Below, one piece after another: positions 26,150-39,291 of a DNA stretch of 62,000 bases (positions are counted from its first letter, which is position 1; every line of letters starts with the position of its first letter). A program made the position numbers and the translations under genes. The DNA is from Octopus vulgaris (Eukaryota). Location: positions 169,218,001 through 169,280,000 of the forward strand of contig OX597814.1 in NCBI GenBank assembly GCA_951406725.2. The letters are read 5' to 3'. The notes under the pieces were generated by a model that saw only the letters and a list, made by a program, of their open reading frames with translations, ran no database searches and was not told the origin of the DNA.

Positions 26150-26985
26150 ATTCTTTGATTGTAGGTTCATTTGTTTATAGATTAAATTTGTTGATTGGTG
26201 GTTCATTTGTTTATAGATTAAATCTTTTGATTGGTGGTCCATTTGTTTATAGATTAAATTTTTTGATTGGTGGTCCATTTGTTTATAGATTAAATTTTTT
26301 TTTATTGGTGGCCCATTTGTTTATAGATTAAATTTTTTGATTGGTGGTCCATTTGTTTATAGATTAAATTTGTTGATTGGTGGTTCATTTGTTTATAGAT
26401 TAAATTTTTTGATTGGTGGTCCATTTGTTTATAGATTAAATTTTCTGATTGGTGGTCCATTTGTTTATAGATTAAATTTTTTGATTGGTGGTCCATTTGT
26501 TTATAGATTAAATTTGTTGATTGGTGGTTCATTTGTTTATAGATTAAATTTTTTGATTGGTGGCCCATTTGTTTATAGATTAAATTTTTTGATTGGTGGT
26601 CCATTTGTTTATAGATTAAATTTGTTGATTGGTGGTTCATTTGTTTATAGATAAATTTTTTTGGATTGGTGGCCCATTTGTTTATAGATTAAATTTTTTG
26701 ATTGGTGGTCCATTTGTTTATAGATTAAATTTTTTGATTGGTGGTCCATTTGTTTATAGATAAATTTTTTTGGATTGGTGGCCCATTTGTTTATAGATTA
26801 AATTTTCTGATTGGTGGTCCATTTGTTTATAGATTAAATTTGTTGATTGGTGGTCTATTTGTTTATAGATTAAATTTTCTGATTGGTGGTCCATTTGTTT
26901 ATAGATTAAATTTTTTGATTGGTGGTCCATTTGTTTATAGATTAAATTTTTTGATTGGGGGTCCATTTGTTTATAGATTAAATTA
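26150..26985. repeat. 36-bp minisatellite, about 23 copies
   Basis: Unit gattggtggtccatttgtttatagattaaatttttt with few variants. Confidence 0.95.
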
Positions 26986-27374
26986 TTCACATTCTCATAC
27001 AACATTATATTTCTGGTTAAAGGATAAATGATGCTCAAAAAATCTGACAGTCCACAGTACCCATGTGAGGAATATAGCTGAGGAATACAAAGAGGTTACC
27101 CAACACTTCAACAGTTTCTTCATCTTTGGAAGTGTTTCCAAATTGGTAGGCTAGTGATAGTCTGTAAGGATAGTCACTTGAACTGGAAAATCAATGGTGA
27201 TTTATATAGGATTGAATTGGATTCGAAAGTCAGTTCAAATAATTAAACCAACCTATGATCAAAAGTATTGCAATCATGACCATTGTTTTTTTTGTTCTTT
27301 TTGTTTCTGGAATAGTGTGCTGTGGAGTACATTATTCAGCGCATCCTTTTCTAAGATGATTGGGTGCAGTTTAA

Positions 27375-27818
27375 CCCTTTTGATACCAACCCACCGGAAA
27401 CCACCTCTGACTCTGTAGTACAAATGTCTTGTTTTCAAAAGTTCAGAGTTAAAATCTTCTGCCAAACCATAGTCTTTTATGTTCCTAACACTAACTTAAC
27501 CCTTTTGTTACTGTATTTATTTTGAGATGCTCTGTGTTTCTTTCAATTACTTTAAATATAACAAAGAATATAATAAAAGAACTTGGTTTTCATTCAGCTA
27601 GTGTTAGGAACATAAATTGTGACTGAGGTTTGGTGAAAGATTCTAATTAAAAATTTATGAAAACAAGACATTTGTACTCAGGGCCAGAGCCGGTTTCAGC
27701 TGGGTTGGTAATGAAAGGGTTGATGATAACTAAGTTATCTTACTCAATTCTTTGTTATATTTAAAAATTCATTGAAAGAAACACAGATTATGTCAAAAGA
27801 AATATGGTGACAAAAGGG
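27375..27818. mobile_element. piggyBac-like MITE (outer copy), TTAA-flanked
   Basis: ttaa|cccttttg ... caaaaggg|ttaa. Confidence 0.75.
27500..27719 (-). mobile_element. piggyBac-like MITE, same family, inserted inverted into the outer copy
   Basis: ttaa|cccttttg ... gaaaggg|ttga; its halves are reverse complements of the outer halves. Confidence 0.7.
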
Positions 27819-28900
27819 TTAAGGGAGATTTGGTTGCTGTTTCTTACCAGTTGAACAACGACATAGGTGTATGTTGTAGTGGTGTGAGATGATGTGGAAG
27901 TTAACATTTGGAAAATGATTCCTCATCTGTATTTCATATCATGATGCTTCGTTTTTATTTTTATTTCTTCGTCTATGCAATCACATTGCTAAAGATAGTT
28001 GTGACAAAGATTACCTCATTCGCCCATACAGAAACCTTGACAACCAGGTGCAGTTTATAGTCACAGAGAAAGCAACTAGGTGCAGACATATATAAACATG
28101 TACGCTGACATGCAGACACACGTATACACATACATACTTAAGTGCCTCCAAGCTATCATGTTGTGTAGGAAATGTCAGTTATGTGAAGAAGATATTTTGC
28201 TGTGTAGAATGCATGCAAGAAATTACAATGCCATGAGACATGATGTCAATGAAATGCACACACACACACACACACATACACACATGCATACACATACACA
28301 CACATATGTAGTAACAAAAATGCTAAAAACTGCTCAATTAAACTATAGTTCATTTTATTAGTTACTCAGTTATTTTCCTTATTGGATATTTTATTTTTAA
28401 TGTTATAAATCATATATTATGGATTGTTAATCATATTTTGCTGATAACTAACTATTAAAAGATTTGATTATCAATAATCTTTTAATATGATTGTTAATGA
28501 TAAACTAAAACTACCAAAGCTAATTCAACATTCATCTTTACACAAAGTGAGATAAGCTACACGTTTATGGAGTGGTTTAATTTAAAGTTTCTAGATTTAA
28601 TAATTAAGCAATCTTTTCTGTTAATTTGATTATTAATAATAAAACTAAAACTACCACAGCATTTTTAACGTTTATCTCTGTAAAATACGATAAAACTACA
28701 GTGTGTTGATAGAATGGTTTAAATTAGTTAATAGATGTTAGGCTCAGGGAAAGGCTGTGTAGTAAGAAGTTTGCTTTCCAACAAAATGGCTCTTGGCTCA
28801 GTCCCACTGCATGACATGTTGGGTAAGTGTCTTCTACTATAGCCTCAGGCCAATCAAAGCATTATGACTGAATTTTGTAAAAGGAAGCTGTCAGAAGTCC

Positions 28901-28935
<35 letters not shown>

Positions 28936-29030
28936 CTTGACATTGCATAATAAACAAGTGTCCCTGACATGTGAGCAGTGTCTGTTTCCAGTATCCTTTG
29001 AAATCATCCCTGCCTGGTCATGGGGAAATA

Positions 29031-29593
29031 TTGGGTTGTCCGGAAAGTTTATGCCGATTTATAGCAGCTTACCTTTCGACTATTTTAGAACATGGTTGAG
29101 TCCATAAAATAGGATTTGCCTACTCTTCCATTTAGAGCACAGTTTAAGCTATCTTTTCACGGAAGAAGGTTTATGTTCCTATAACCTGTGTTAATTCTGT
29201 AACCCTAAAATGGAAGATAAGAAAGTTCATTTTCGGCACTTGATGCTTTGGGAACCAGACAAAAATTGCTGCAGCTTGGCTGGGATGTGTTACCTTACCC
29301 TCCATATTCACCAGATATTGCTCCTTCAGATTTCCACTTATTCAGGTCTCTGTAGTATAATCTTAATGGTAAAAATTTCAATTCCTTGGATGATGTAAAA
29401 AGATATCTTGATGAATTCTTTGCCATGAAACCACCTCAATTCTGGGGAGAGGGTATTTTCAAGTTAAAGGAAAGATGGAGACACAAAGTGCAACAAAATG
29501 GTTCATATTTGGTTGATTAAAAATGTAATGGCAAGTATTTCTTGACCTTTTTCTTTCCTTTAAAAATCGGCACGAACTTTCTGGACAACCCAA
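29031..29593 (+). mobile_element. Internally deleted mariner, TA TSD
   Basis: TIR ttgggttgtccggaaagtt.tgccgattt at both ends; MEDKKVHFRHLMLWE joined to TRQKLLQLGWDVLPYPPYSPDIAPSDFHLFRSL...QNGSYLVD*. Confidence 0.9.
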
Positions 29594-30629
29594 TATTACA
29601 TTACTAGGAAACAGGTAAGTGTTGGCAAGAGGAAGAACATTCAGCTGTAGAAAATCAGCCTCAACAAATTCTCTCTGACACATGCTAGCATGGAAAAAGT
29701 GGACATTAAAATGATGATGATGATTTAATAATTGAACAGAGAGGAGTGGTGAGTTTCTAAATTTGTAGAGCAGGGAATAAAACGCCATGTGATAAGTTGT
29801 TAATTTCCCATTAAGTTGTAATTTCAAATGCCTCTGACTTCAGCTTTGACTTTTAGTTTTTCTAAAAGGAGTGAAAAAAGAAATAAAATTAAGTATTGAC
29901 TTGATTTAAGCAGCTTCTCCCAAAATTGTAAGCATGCTTTTATATATGCATGTGAGTGTATGTAATAAATATAGAATGATATCGTTTTATTCATGTGGCA
30001 TGTAATAAATATAGAATGATATTTTATTCATGTGGTTCCTTCTAGTTATGGTCATTGTACAAGGGAGATAGCCATCCCCTCACAGCACAAGGTTGGATTA
30101 GACATTTCAATTTGAAATTAAAGAATACATGGAAAAAGGTGCATAGATTTCATATATTTAAATTTTTTTTTATCTATCATGAAGTTTTTATAATTTCAAA
30201 TTTGCAACAATCATGTATATCTCTATTTTGTTCTTTTTAGAAATCTTCATCATAATTTAGTCTGTAACATACTAATTAGATATATTGCAGAGAGAGACAT
30301 TTCATTAAAATTAAAGATGAAATTAATTACAATCTGGAAGAAATTCATGGAATATATATATACTTTTATTTCATTGAACATAAGTAGTTTAAGAATGGAG
30401 AGAAAGAGAAAGACATTTTTAGTGTCTGATTCTTTTCCAACTCATGAATTCCTTAAAAATCAAAGGCTACATTTGATTTCTATAGTAGATGAAAGTGTAA
30501 ATCCATACTATGTGTAAGTCTGTAATTCTTACAGTTCTATATTTAAAAGATGAGGAATTATGTACATTATTTACATTATTTACATTCGACGGATATTTGT
30601 CCTCATCTTGTTTATTGTTAACACATATG

Positions 30630-30713
30630 GGCATTTGGCATAGTGGTTAAGAGCGTGAGCTACTAACCCCAAGATTCCGAGCTCGATTCCAAGCAGTGAC
30701 CTGAACAATAATG

Positions 30714-30744
<31 letters not shown>

Positions 30745-30745
30745 C
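30630..30745 (+). mobile_element. Short tRNA-head SINE with (TAA)n tail
   Basis: tggcatagtggttaagagc (A box)...gagctcgattcc (B-box-like), then taa repeats. Confidence 0.65.
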
Positions 30746-30975
30746 TATTTCTTTACTACCCACAAGGGGCTAAACATAGAGAGAACAAACAAGGACAGAC
30801 AAATGGATTAAGTCGATTATATCGACCCCAGTGCATAACTGGTACTTAATTTATCGACCCCGAAAGGATGAAAGGCAAAGTTAACCTCGGCGGAATTTGA
30901 ACTCAGAATGTAACGGCAGACGAAATAGGCTACACATTTCACCTGGCGTGCTAACGGTTCTGCCAGCTTGCTACC
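30745..30975 (-). mobile_element. SINE S3
   Basis: S3 head, body and tail. Confidence 0.85.
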
Positions 30976-30981
30976 TATTAC

Positions 30982-31030
<49 letters not shown>

Positions 31031-31690
31031 TTGAAGAATACCTTAGGAATGAGAACCCAGGTTTGAAATTTCCACAAGACACCTGGAGAAGGCTGGAGGG
31101 TATATCAGCCGTAAAGTTGTATTAACAACAAACAAGATAAGGACAAATATCCGTAGAATGTAAATAATGTAAATAATGTCTGTAATTCTTAATGCAGAAA
31201 AATTTCAATCTAGTACTTGCCAATTGTACAGGGCAGCCACTGCTTATTGCAGGGGACTATATTTCCCATTATACCTTAGTACAAGGTAGTAAGCATGGAA
31301 AAGCAAGGTGTTTGATTCCATTCTTTTACTTTACAAAAATACTTAGCAATATGAAGCAACACAAAGCCCTGTCCAGTAATCTATCTGTTAGGCTTACAAG
31401 TCTCTGAAGAATACTTCCAGAATCTGTAGTTTCCAAAATGAAGTACCACAGACAAACATTCATACCCATTTTTTTCAACCAATACCCATTAACCTTATCA
31501 CACTGCCTCAAAACATACAGACAGCCTCACATGCAGGACATCACATTCCCATCCACCTAGTATTTTCCAGATTCTGGTGCACATCAACTCTGACTTCTTA
31601 AATGCCAGAGAAACCTGTCTCCAAAATACTAGTATTAAAGTAGACCTATGAAATCCAGTGTTGGATTAACCTAATAGCATGTTTAGCATA

Positions 31691-31993
31691 GTGGAGGCAC
31701 ATGACCTAGTAGTTAGAGCAGCAGACTCGCGGTCAAGGGATCGCAGGTTCAAATCTCAGACCAGGCAATGTGTGTGTTTATGAGCGAAACACCTAAGCTC
31801 CACGTGGCTCCAGCAGAAGGTAATGGCAAAATTCTGCTGACTCTTTCGCCAAAACTTTCTCTCACTCTTTCCTCCTGCATCTTGCAGCTCATCTTTGACA
31901 GACTGGTGTCCCATCCAGGTGGGGAACCTATACGCTAAAGAAACCGGGAAACCAGCCCTTATGAGCCAGGCATGGCTCAAGAAGGAACAAACT
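31691..31993 (+). mobile_element. V-like SINE with 11-bp TSD
   Basis: Homologous to 23860-24152; TSD tgtttagcata at 31680-31690 and 31994-32004. Confidence 0.85.
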
Positions 31994-32253
31994 TGTTTAG
32001 CATATACAACACGTTCTGCATTGTTAGGCATTCTGTATCAAATACATTGAGCTGACAGAATCACTAGAGAACTGAACAAAATACTTTGTGGTATTTCTTT
32101 TAGTTCTTTATGTTCTGAGTTCAAATCCCACTGAGGTTAGCTTTACTTCTCATCCTTTGATAAAATAAAGTAACGGTCAAGTACTAGGGTTGATATAATT
32201 AACTTGTTCCTCTCCTAAAATCTCTGGCTTTGTGCCAAAATTAGAAAGAATTA

Positions 32254-32285
<32 letters not shown>

Positions 32286-33231
32286 CATCATCATCATCAT
32301 CATCATCATTATTATTAATATTATTAGTAGTAGTATTAGTATTATTATTATTAGTATTATTATTATTATCATCATCATCATCATCATCATCATCATTATT
32401 ATTATTATTATTATAGTATTTCTATTGTCTTCAAATTTTATATATAACTGAGTTTTTAAAGTTGATCCAGTATTTAGAATACTTCTAAAATTCAGTTCAG
32501 TTTGAATGTGACAAATTTCAATAATAAAATTGAATAGTGATAATTAAATGGGCAGATTTAATTTGTTTTTATCAGATGCTAATTCATATACAAAATAAAG
32601 AACTTCTAGTTCTCTATTTTGGCACATTAAACTCATCATACAGTAATTGAAATTATTATTTTTCTCATAAATAAGATCAGCTGAATGAATCAGATTATTA
32701 TTAATATATTATTGACACCTTAATGCTAACCATTCCCATTAAATCAAATCAGAATTTTTAAACAGGAAAAGAAATATTTTATAATGTATAGTTTTTATTT
32801 ATTTAACCTTCTGCTATTAAGGAAAACTCTAGTAGGAAAAAAAAAAAAGGGAAAATACAAGTTTAAATAATTAATATAGTCTCATTTTCAACCATATACT
32901 ATGAAAGCAAATTTACATTATATTAGAGATCTGCATCAGGAGAGAATATATTTAACATTTTGCATTTTAGTTGCTTAAAGTAACACTGATATTAGTGAAT
33001 TCACACAATGTTGTTGCATTTAAGCTTTATGGTTTTAGGTTTGGAAGAAGGATCCAGCTATTCAAAATCATTTTTTAATCTATCACGTCTAAGCTGCATT
33101 TTTCTTAGGTTTAACCTTCTAAATGTCACAACTCAACTAGCAAGCAGATATCAAGTTTTAGATCAAAATGATAAATAGTGGAAGACTTGCATTAAATTTG
33201 GTTACATTACACTCCTTTGCAAATTAGCCTG

Positions 33232-33650
33232 TAGGTACAGGAGTGGCTGTTGTGGTAAGAACCTTACTTCCCAACCACATGGTTCCGGGTTCAGTTCCAC
33301 TGTGTGGCACTTTGGGCAAATGTCTTCTTCTATAGCCTCAGACTGACCAAAGCTTTGTGAGAGGATTTCATAGATGGAAACTGAAAGAAGCCTGTTGTAT
33401 ATATATCTATGTGTGTGTGTGTGTGTATTTGTATGTCTGTGTTTGCCCCCACCCCACCATCGCTTGACAACCGATGCTGGTGTGTTTATGTCCCCATAAC
33501 TTAGCAGTTCAGTAAAAGAGACCGATAGAATAAGTACTAGGCTTACAAAGAATAAATCCTGGGGTTGATTTATTCCACCAAAGGCAGTGCTCCAGCATGG
33601 CCACAGTCAAAATAACTGAAACAAGTAAAAAGAGTAAAAAAAAGAATACT
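33232..33650 (+). mobile_element. SINE S1, full length
   Basis: S1 head and tail motifs. Confidence 0.85.
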
Positions 33651-33954
33651 CTCTTGCACTTTTACTCTTTTACTTGTTTCAATCATTTTGATTGTGGCCA
33701 TGCTGGTGCACTGCCTTTAGTGAAACAAATCGACCCCAAGACTTATTCTTTGTAAGCCTAGTACTTATTCTATCAGTCTCTTTTGCCGAACTGCTAAGTT
33801 ACGGGGATGTAAACATACCAACATCGGTTGTCAAGCAATGGTGGGTGGGGACAAACACAGAAACGCAGACTATACACACAAATATATACATATATAGATA
33901 CATAGATACATACTCACATACATACATACATACATACATAGATACATACATTGG

Positions 33955-34295
33955 TATTGGTATTGGCATCCTTTCTGTCTCGGGAGACAATTGAGTTGCG
34001 CATGTTTTTTTTGTTTTTTTTGTAGTCTAGTCCGGCTTTTATATTTCATGTCCTGATACATTTTCTGCTGTGTCTGTGTAGTCCTATCCTGGACAAACAC
34101 TCCCTCTGGCAGGTACTGCAAATGTAGCGAAGACTGTTCCTGGCTGGTTGTAGTGCCATAGTCTCTTGTTTACATCTCTTCCTTTCTTTCCATTTCTCCT
34201 CTCTCTCTCTGTCACTCTTTTGTATTCCCTCTTTTACTGTACGTTGCCATTCTCCACGGTTGCCGGCAACTGCCTCCCAACCGCTAATATTGATA
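33955..34295 (-). mobile_element. RTE (BovB-like) LINE 3' end, inside a minus-strand S1 copy
   Basis: WEAVAGNRGEWQRTVKEG...CSTCQRECLSRIGLHRHSRKC (terminal C2H2-like motif), tail ttgtctcccgagacagaaaggatgccaataccaat. Confidence 0.85.
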
Positions 34296-35270
34296 TTGAT
34301 ACATACATACATACATACATATATACGACGGGCTTCTTTCAGTTTCAATCCACCAAATCCACTCACAAGGCTTTGGTTGGCATAAAGCTAAAGTAGAAGA
34401 CACTTGCTTGACAACCGATGTTGGCTGTTATTTCTACATGGGTGGGTGAACCATATACAAAACTTCCTCCTTGGGGCTTAATACTGCAGTTTTTGAAAGC
34501 AGTAGAATATATGATGTTACAGCAAGAAAATTATTTAATTGATGAGCATTTCGTTAACTTTTATTAGTGAACTTGATTCTGAAATCCTCCCATGGGTTTG
34601 ATGAAGGCAAAAAAAAAAAATAAATAAAAGATAAAACATCAGTGTGTGTAACTTTAATTTAATCTCAAAGTCTTCAGTTGTTCTGCTGTGACATGATAAT
34701 GCTGTAGTGTAAGTATACTACGATGACAAGAATTATTGGAAATGGAAATTTAATTCATCTGATTCAATCCTATAAACCATCTCTTCCCTTACATTTTATT
34801 TAGAGCTATCTTTCCTCTACTTACTGTCAGAAAGCCAATGCCAATGATTTCAAACAGCTAAGTATAGACTAGCACGAGACTCATGCTTTAAATGTCAGAT
34901 TTATACAATTGGTGACTAGCGTTAAATTTGTTGAAATTTCTCAAGAAGAAAAGAAAAAAAAATTGCTTTCCTAAGTTAAGTATGTTTATCAAAGATCTAC
35001 ATTGTGAGAACATGATAATATAGTTTGTTATCCTTTTATTCTTTTACTTGTTTCAGTCGTTTGACTGCGGCCATGCTGGAGCACTGCCGTAAAGGGGTTT
35101 TTTTAGTTGAAGAAATCTATCCCATGACTTATTCTTTGTAAGCCTAGTACTTATTCTATCAGTCTCTTTTGCCGAAGTGGTAAGTTACGGGGGATGTAAA
35201 CACGCCAACACAAAGACACACTCATGCCAGCATGAAAGGCGAATGTTAAATGATGATGATGATATATATG

Positions 35271-35307
<37 letters not shown>

Positions 35308-35342
35308 AAAAAAATTTTTTTCACAATTATAATTTATTAAAT

Positions 35343-35453
35343 TCTCTGAAGAGGCCGTGGGGCATCCTTGTTAATGTCTCATTTATACCTGCCTTATATG
35401 GCTTATAGGTTAAATGAGGCATGATTGCCCTTACTGCCGAAACAGCTGTCAGA
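35343..35453 (+). ncRNA. Type I hammerhead ribozyme motif with long stem II
   Basis: tct CTGAAGA (35346) G...long stem...C GAAA C agct GTC (35450) aga; palindromic stem III acagctgt. Confidence 0.65.
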
Positions 35454-35663
35454 TATGATATAATTACATATTATATTTTATATTTTATATTTCTATTTCC
35501 TTGTCTAATTATATTTACAATATATTTTGTATAATGCCTTTACTGTTATGTAATGGTGTAATAAAGTATTGATTGGGTATCATCTGTTGGTTGATGTTTG
35601 ATTGATTTAAGTATGTTTCTCCATTTTCTAATTTTGTATATATATATATATATATATGTATAT

Positions 35664-35995
35664 GTATATATATAAATATAAGAGAGTAACCACTATGTGG
35701 TCGACTCTAGCACTAAAAATAGATCCGCTAGGTTTCAGCCACAAAGAATTGTTTCTGATGAAAGTTAGCACGACTACTAGCGCAAACGAACAGGGCAAAT
35801 AAAAATAACAAAAATGCAGAAAACCTAGCGGATCTATTTTTAGTGCTAGAGTTGACCACATAGTGGTTACTCTCTTATATTTATGTATAAAATTTATCGT
35901 AATCCAGGTTTTTATGCACTAAGCCACTTGGTGTTAAATGGATGTACTATTAAATTAGTATCCAATTTTCTCACCCTTATTAGTTTATATGTATA
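35664..35995. mobile_element. Palindrome A, short relative of palindrome B, (TA)n-flanked
   Basis: Arms about 35664-35735 and 35820-35884; same 3' tail as 39518-39626. Confidence 0.8.
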
Positions 35996-36639
35996 TATAT
36001 ATAATAATGGCCTTCTTTCAGTTTCCATCTACCAAATCCACTCACAAGGTTTTGGTCAACCTGAGGCTATAATTGAAGACACTTGCTGAAGGTGCCATAC
36101 AGTGGGACTGAACCCAGAACCATGTGTTGGAAACAAGCTTCTTACCACACAACCATGCCTGTGCCTATATTGGTTGTTTTACTTTTGCACTTTTTTCTTT
36201 TAAAATGATAGAAAAGTTGATTTAAAAGAGGGAAAGATGATATGGGGTGGGGTTGGGTGATAATGTGAAACCCACCATATTTGTGTATATAAAATTAATG
36301 TTGTTAGTTAACTTTTGCAATTCATCTCCATGATGATCATTAAGCAAGTACCAATAATATACTGAAGGATAGTTGGCTGTATGCTTCTGTCAAAACCTAT
36401 AGCTTTATGCCTATATTTAAAATCATTATTTTCTTTAGCTCATTTCACTGATGAATTCTAACATTCCTAGGGACAATTTTTAATTGCCATTTGTCTTGGG
36501 TGTTGACAAAATAGGTACCAAGTGAATAAATACTTAGGTCAACTTGACAAATTAAACCTGTCTTTATGAATTTGTATCCCTGAAAGTGCAAGTATGTCTG
36601 AGTAGATGCAGAGTTCCTTCTACAGTTAAGGAGTGACTC

Positions 36640-37045
36640 TTCCTCACACAGCTGTCTTCATTCATACATAACACATGGTTATACCAGTGCAGCCGCTTCT
36701 CTTGCACACCACATTTGATGCTTCTCATGCCCAACTTTTCTCTCAGGGCGCTTACACTCTGTCATGTATGCACACTGACATTACACATCCAGGGGATCAT
36801 ACTAGCTTCATTTCTTTCATTTCTACGCATGTCCTCAGCATTCAAGGCCCATGTTTCAGTGCTGTGTAGCATGGCAGTTTGCACACATGCATCATACAGT
36901 TTACCTTTCACCCTGAGTGAGAAGCCCTTAGTTGCCAGCAGAAGTAGGAGCTCCCTGCACTTTGCCCAAGCTATTCTTACTCTAGTCACTACACTCTCAG
37001 AGCAACTGCCCCTAATACAGACTTGGTTGCCTAGGTAGCAGAAGC
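36640..37045 (-). mobile_element. RTE-clade LINE RT C-terminal remnant
   Basis: RVRIAWAKCRELLLLLATKGFSLRVKGKLYDACVQTAMLHSTETWA...RLHWYNHV. Confidence 0.85.
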
Positions 37046-37629
37046 TATTAACTGCTTATAGTTTCTCCCCGTGGCATGTAATGGAATCTGTTTTCTATAC
37101 ATCTTCAGTGTTTATTGCCCCAGTGCATCTGCCATACGTAAAAACTATTCACCGTTTTCTATTTGTCTGTCTGTCTCCCTCTTCCACTTTTACTCTCTCT
37201 CATTGCTCACACGTGACCATCGTCCATCTTTCCTTTCCTCATGTGATCATCTTTCTTTTCCTTCAGTCTGTCATACAGACCAGACGCATTCTTATCTGTC
37301 TCCTTTTCTATCTTTTCTCTTGTCAAAGAATATTCCTCCAGTGTTTGTTACCTTACCTCGTCTGGCCCTCCATGTTTGTTTTCATTTGGTTTGTCATATG
37401 TCTCCACTGTCCTGTTTTTGTTACCAACTTTGACCCTCCGCAAATCCCAAATTTTATTTTGCTTTGCGAGAGCAACTGTTTTATGAAGCCTCATATTGTC
37501 GTTAATTGCTCGAAATCTTTCTTTATGTTACTTGTTTTGTTTTCCATTTATTTCTCTCATTGTTCTAATTCCCAAGTTTGCCTTCGTATTTCATGTTGTT
37601 TACGTTTTGTGACGTCCTGTATCCATATA

Positions 37630-37698
<69 letters not shown>

Positions 37699-37865
37699 AA
37701 AAACGGTAAGATAACAAAAGAAAGAAAGAGACCTCAATATTATGTAAATAGAGGAAATTTATCCGTAAAATAACCGAAGAGATGGTATTGTGGATTTCCA
37801 CCTCGGCATCCAAATCTCAGAGTTTTATCTTGGCTATTGAATAATTGTCACATATTATTTTACAG

Positions 37866-37896
<31 letters not shown>

Positions 37897-37955
37897 TGTA
37901 AGTATGTACATATATGTATGCAAATATGTATATATATTTATTTATATAATTATAT

Positions 37956-38068
<113 letters not shown>

Positions 38069-38699
38069 ATATATTTGTATCATCATCATCATCATCGTTT
38101 ATAGATATATATGTGTATGTATATGTGTATAAATTTGTGTGTGTATATGTGTATACATTTGTGTCTGTATGTATATGTGTACACGTTTGTGTATGTGTGT
38201 GTGTATATATATGTATAAATATACAAACACACACGCACACACACATATATATGTTTGTGTATGTGTCTACATGTGTGTGTGTCTGCGTGTGTATGTATAC
38301 ACACACACACACACTTACACGAGGGCTTCAGGTCCTAGACCAGCTGATGCATTGTGTTCAGCTCACGTTGCTTTGCAATTACTTTTGACGTGTGACATAT
38401 CGTATACTGTGCACCTGGTCAGGTAACATAGAATTGATGGAGGGAGTGAATTCCATCAAATACACTGCACATGTAAGTCAAGGAACCAGCTTTATTGCAC
38501 GTTGTGTTAAATTAAATCTGTGCATAATATTGAGTATCACATTCAGTACAAACATTTTATCACTATAAACAAAATTGTTTGTGTAGTTTGTTCAGCAAGA
38601 AATTGTAGAATCATATGTCTTGGATCACTAGAAACTCTAGTACTTATGCATAATATATTCTATATATATCCTAGATTTGTGTGTGTGTATATGTATATT

Positions 38700-38815
<116 letters not shown>

Positions 38816-38958
38816 CAAGAGAGTGACCATGTGGTCTACTCTAGCACTAAAAATAGATCCGCAAGGTTTCAGCCCCAAAAGAAATTGTTTCCGATGAAAG
38901 TTAGCACTACTACCAGCACAAATAAACAGGGCAAATAAACATAGCAAAATGTAGATTA

Positions 38959-39036
38959 GTTCGAGACAATTGTTTCACTATTAATAAATTATGTAATTTT
39001 ACTTACATAAATTCATCTGTAGCTCCTCGGTCGAAC
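38959..39036 (-). ncRNA. Mirror hammerhead motif in the left arm of palindrome B
   Basis: Reverse complement of 39292-39369 with a G-U pair at the base of stem II. Confidence 0.6.
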
Positions 39037-39291
39037 CCGTCCAGAATACAATTTACCCAATCGCACGCTAGACTTCACCATAACGATAAACGCACGTGCG
39101 GTCGAGTCGATTGTACTCACTGTTATAATTTAAGTGCCCCTGTTAATTTTGGATGTAGTATCTGTTTCCGTGAATTTTGGTGGGCGATACACACTTAAAT
39201 TATAACAGCGAGTACAATCGACTCGACCGCACGTGCGTTTATCGTTATGGTGAAGTCTAGCGTGCGATTGGGTAAATTGTATTCTGGACGG

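Larger units (their letters stand above)
30532..31177. mobile_element. Inverted pair of Penelope-like termini with internal SINEs and 14-bp direct repeat
   Basis: 30560-30625 is the reverse complement of 31115-31177; gtctgtaattctta at 30518-30531 and 31178-31191; decayed hammerhead at 31078-31123. Confidence 0.6.

Noticed and set aside
26150-26985. CRISPR-like 36-bp repeat, or repeat protein (MDHQSKNLIYKQ)n
   Set aside because: Units are contiguous with no unique spacers and no cas genes; the ORFs follow from the unit length.
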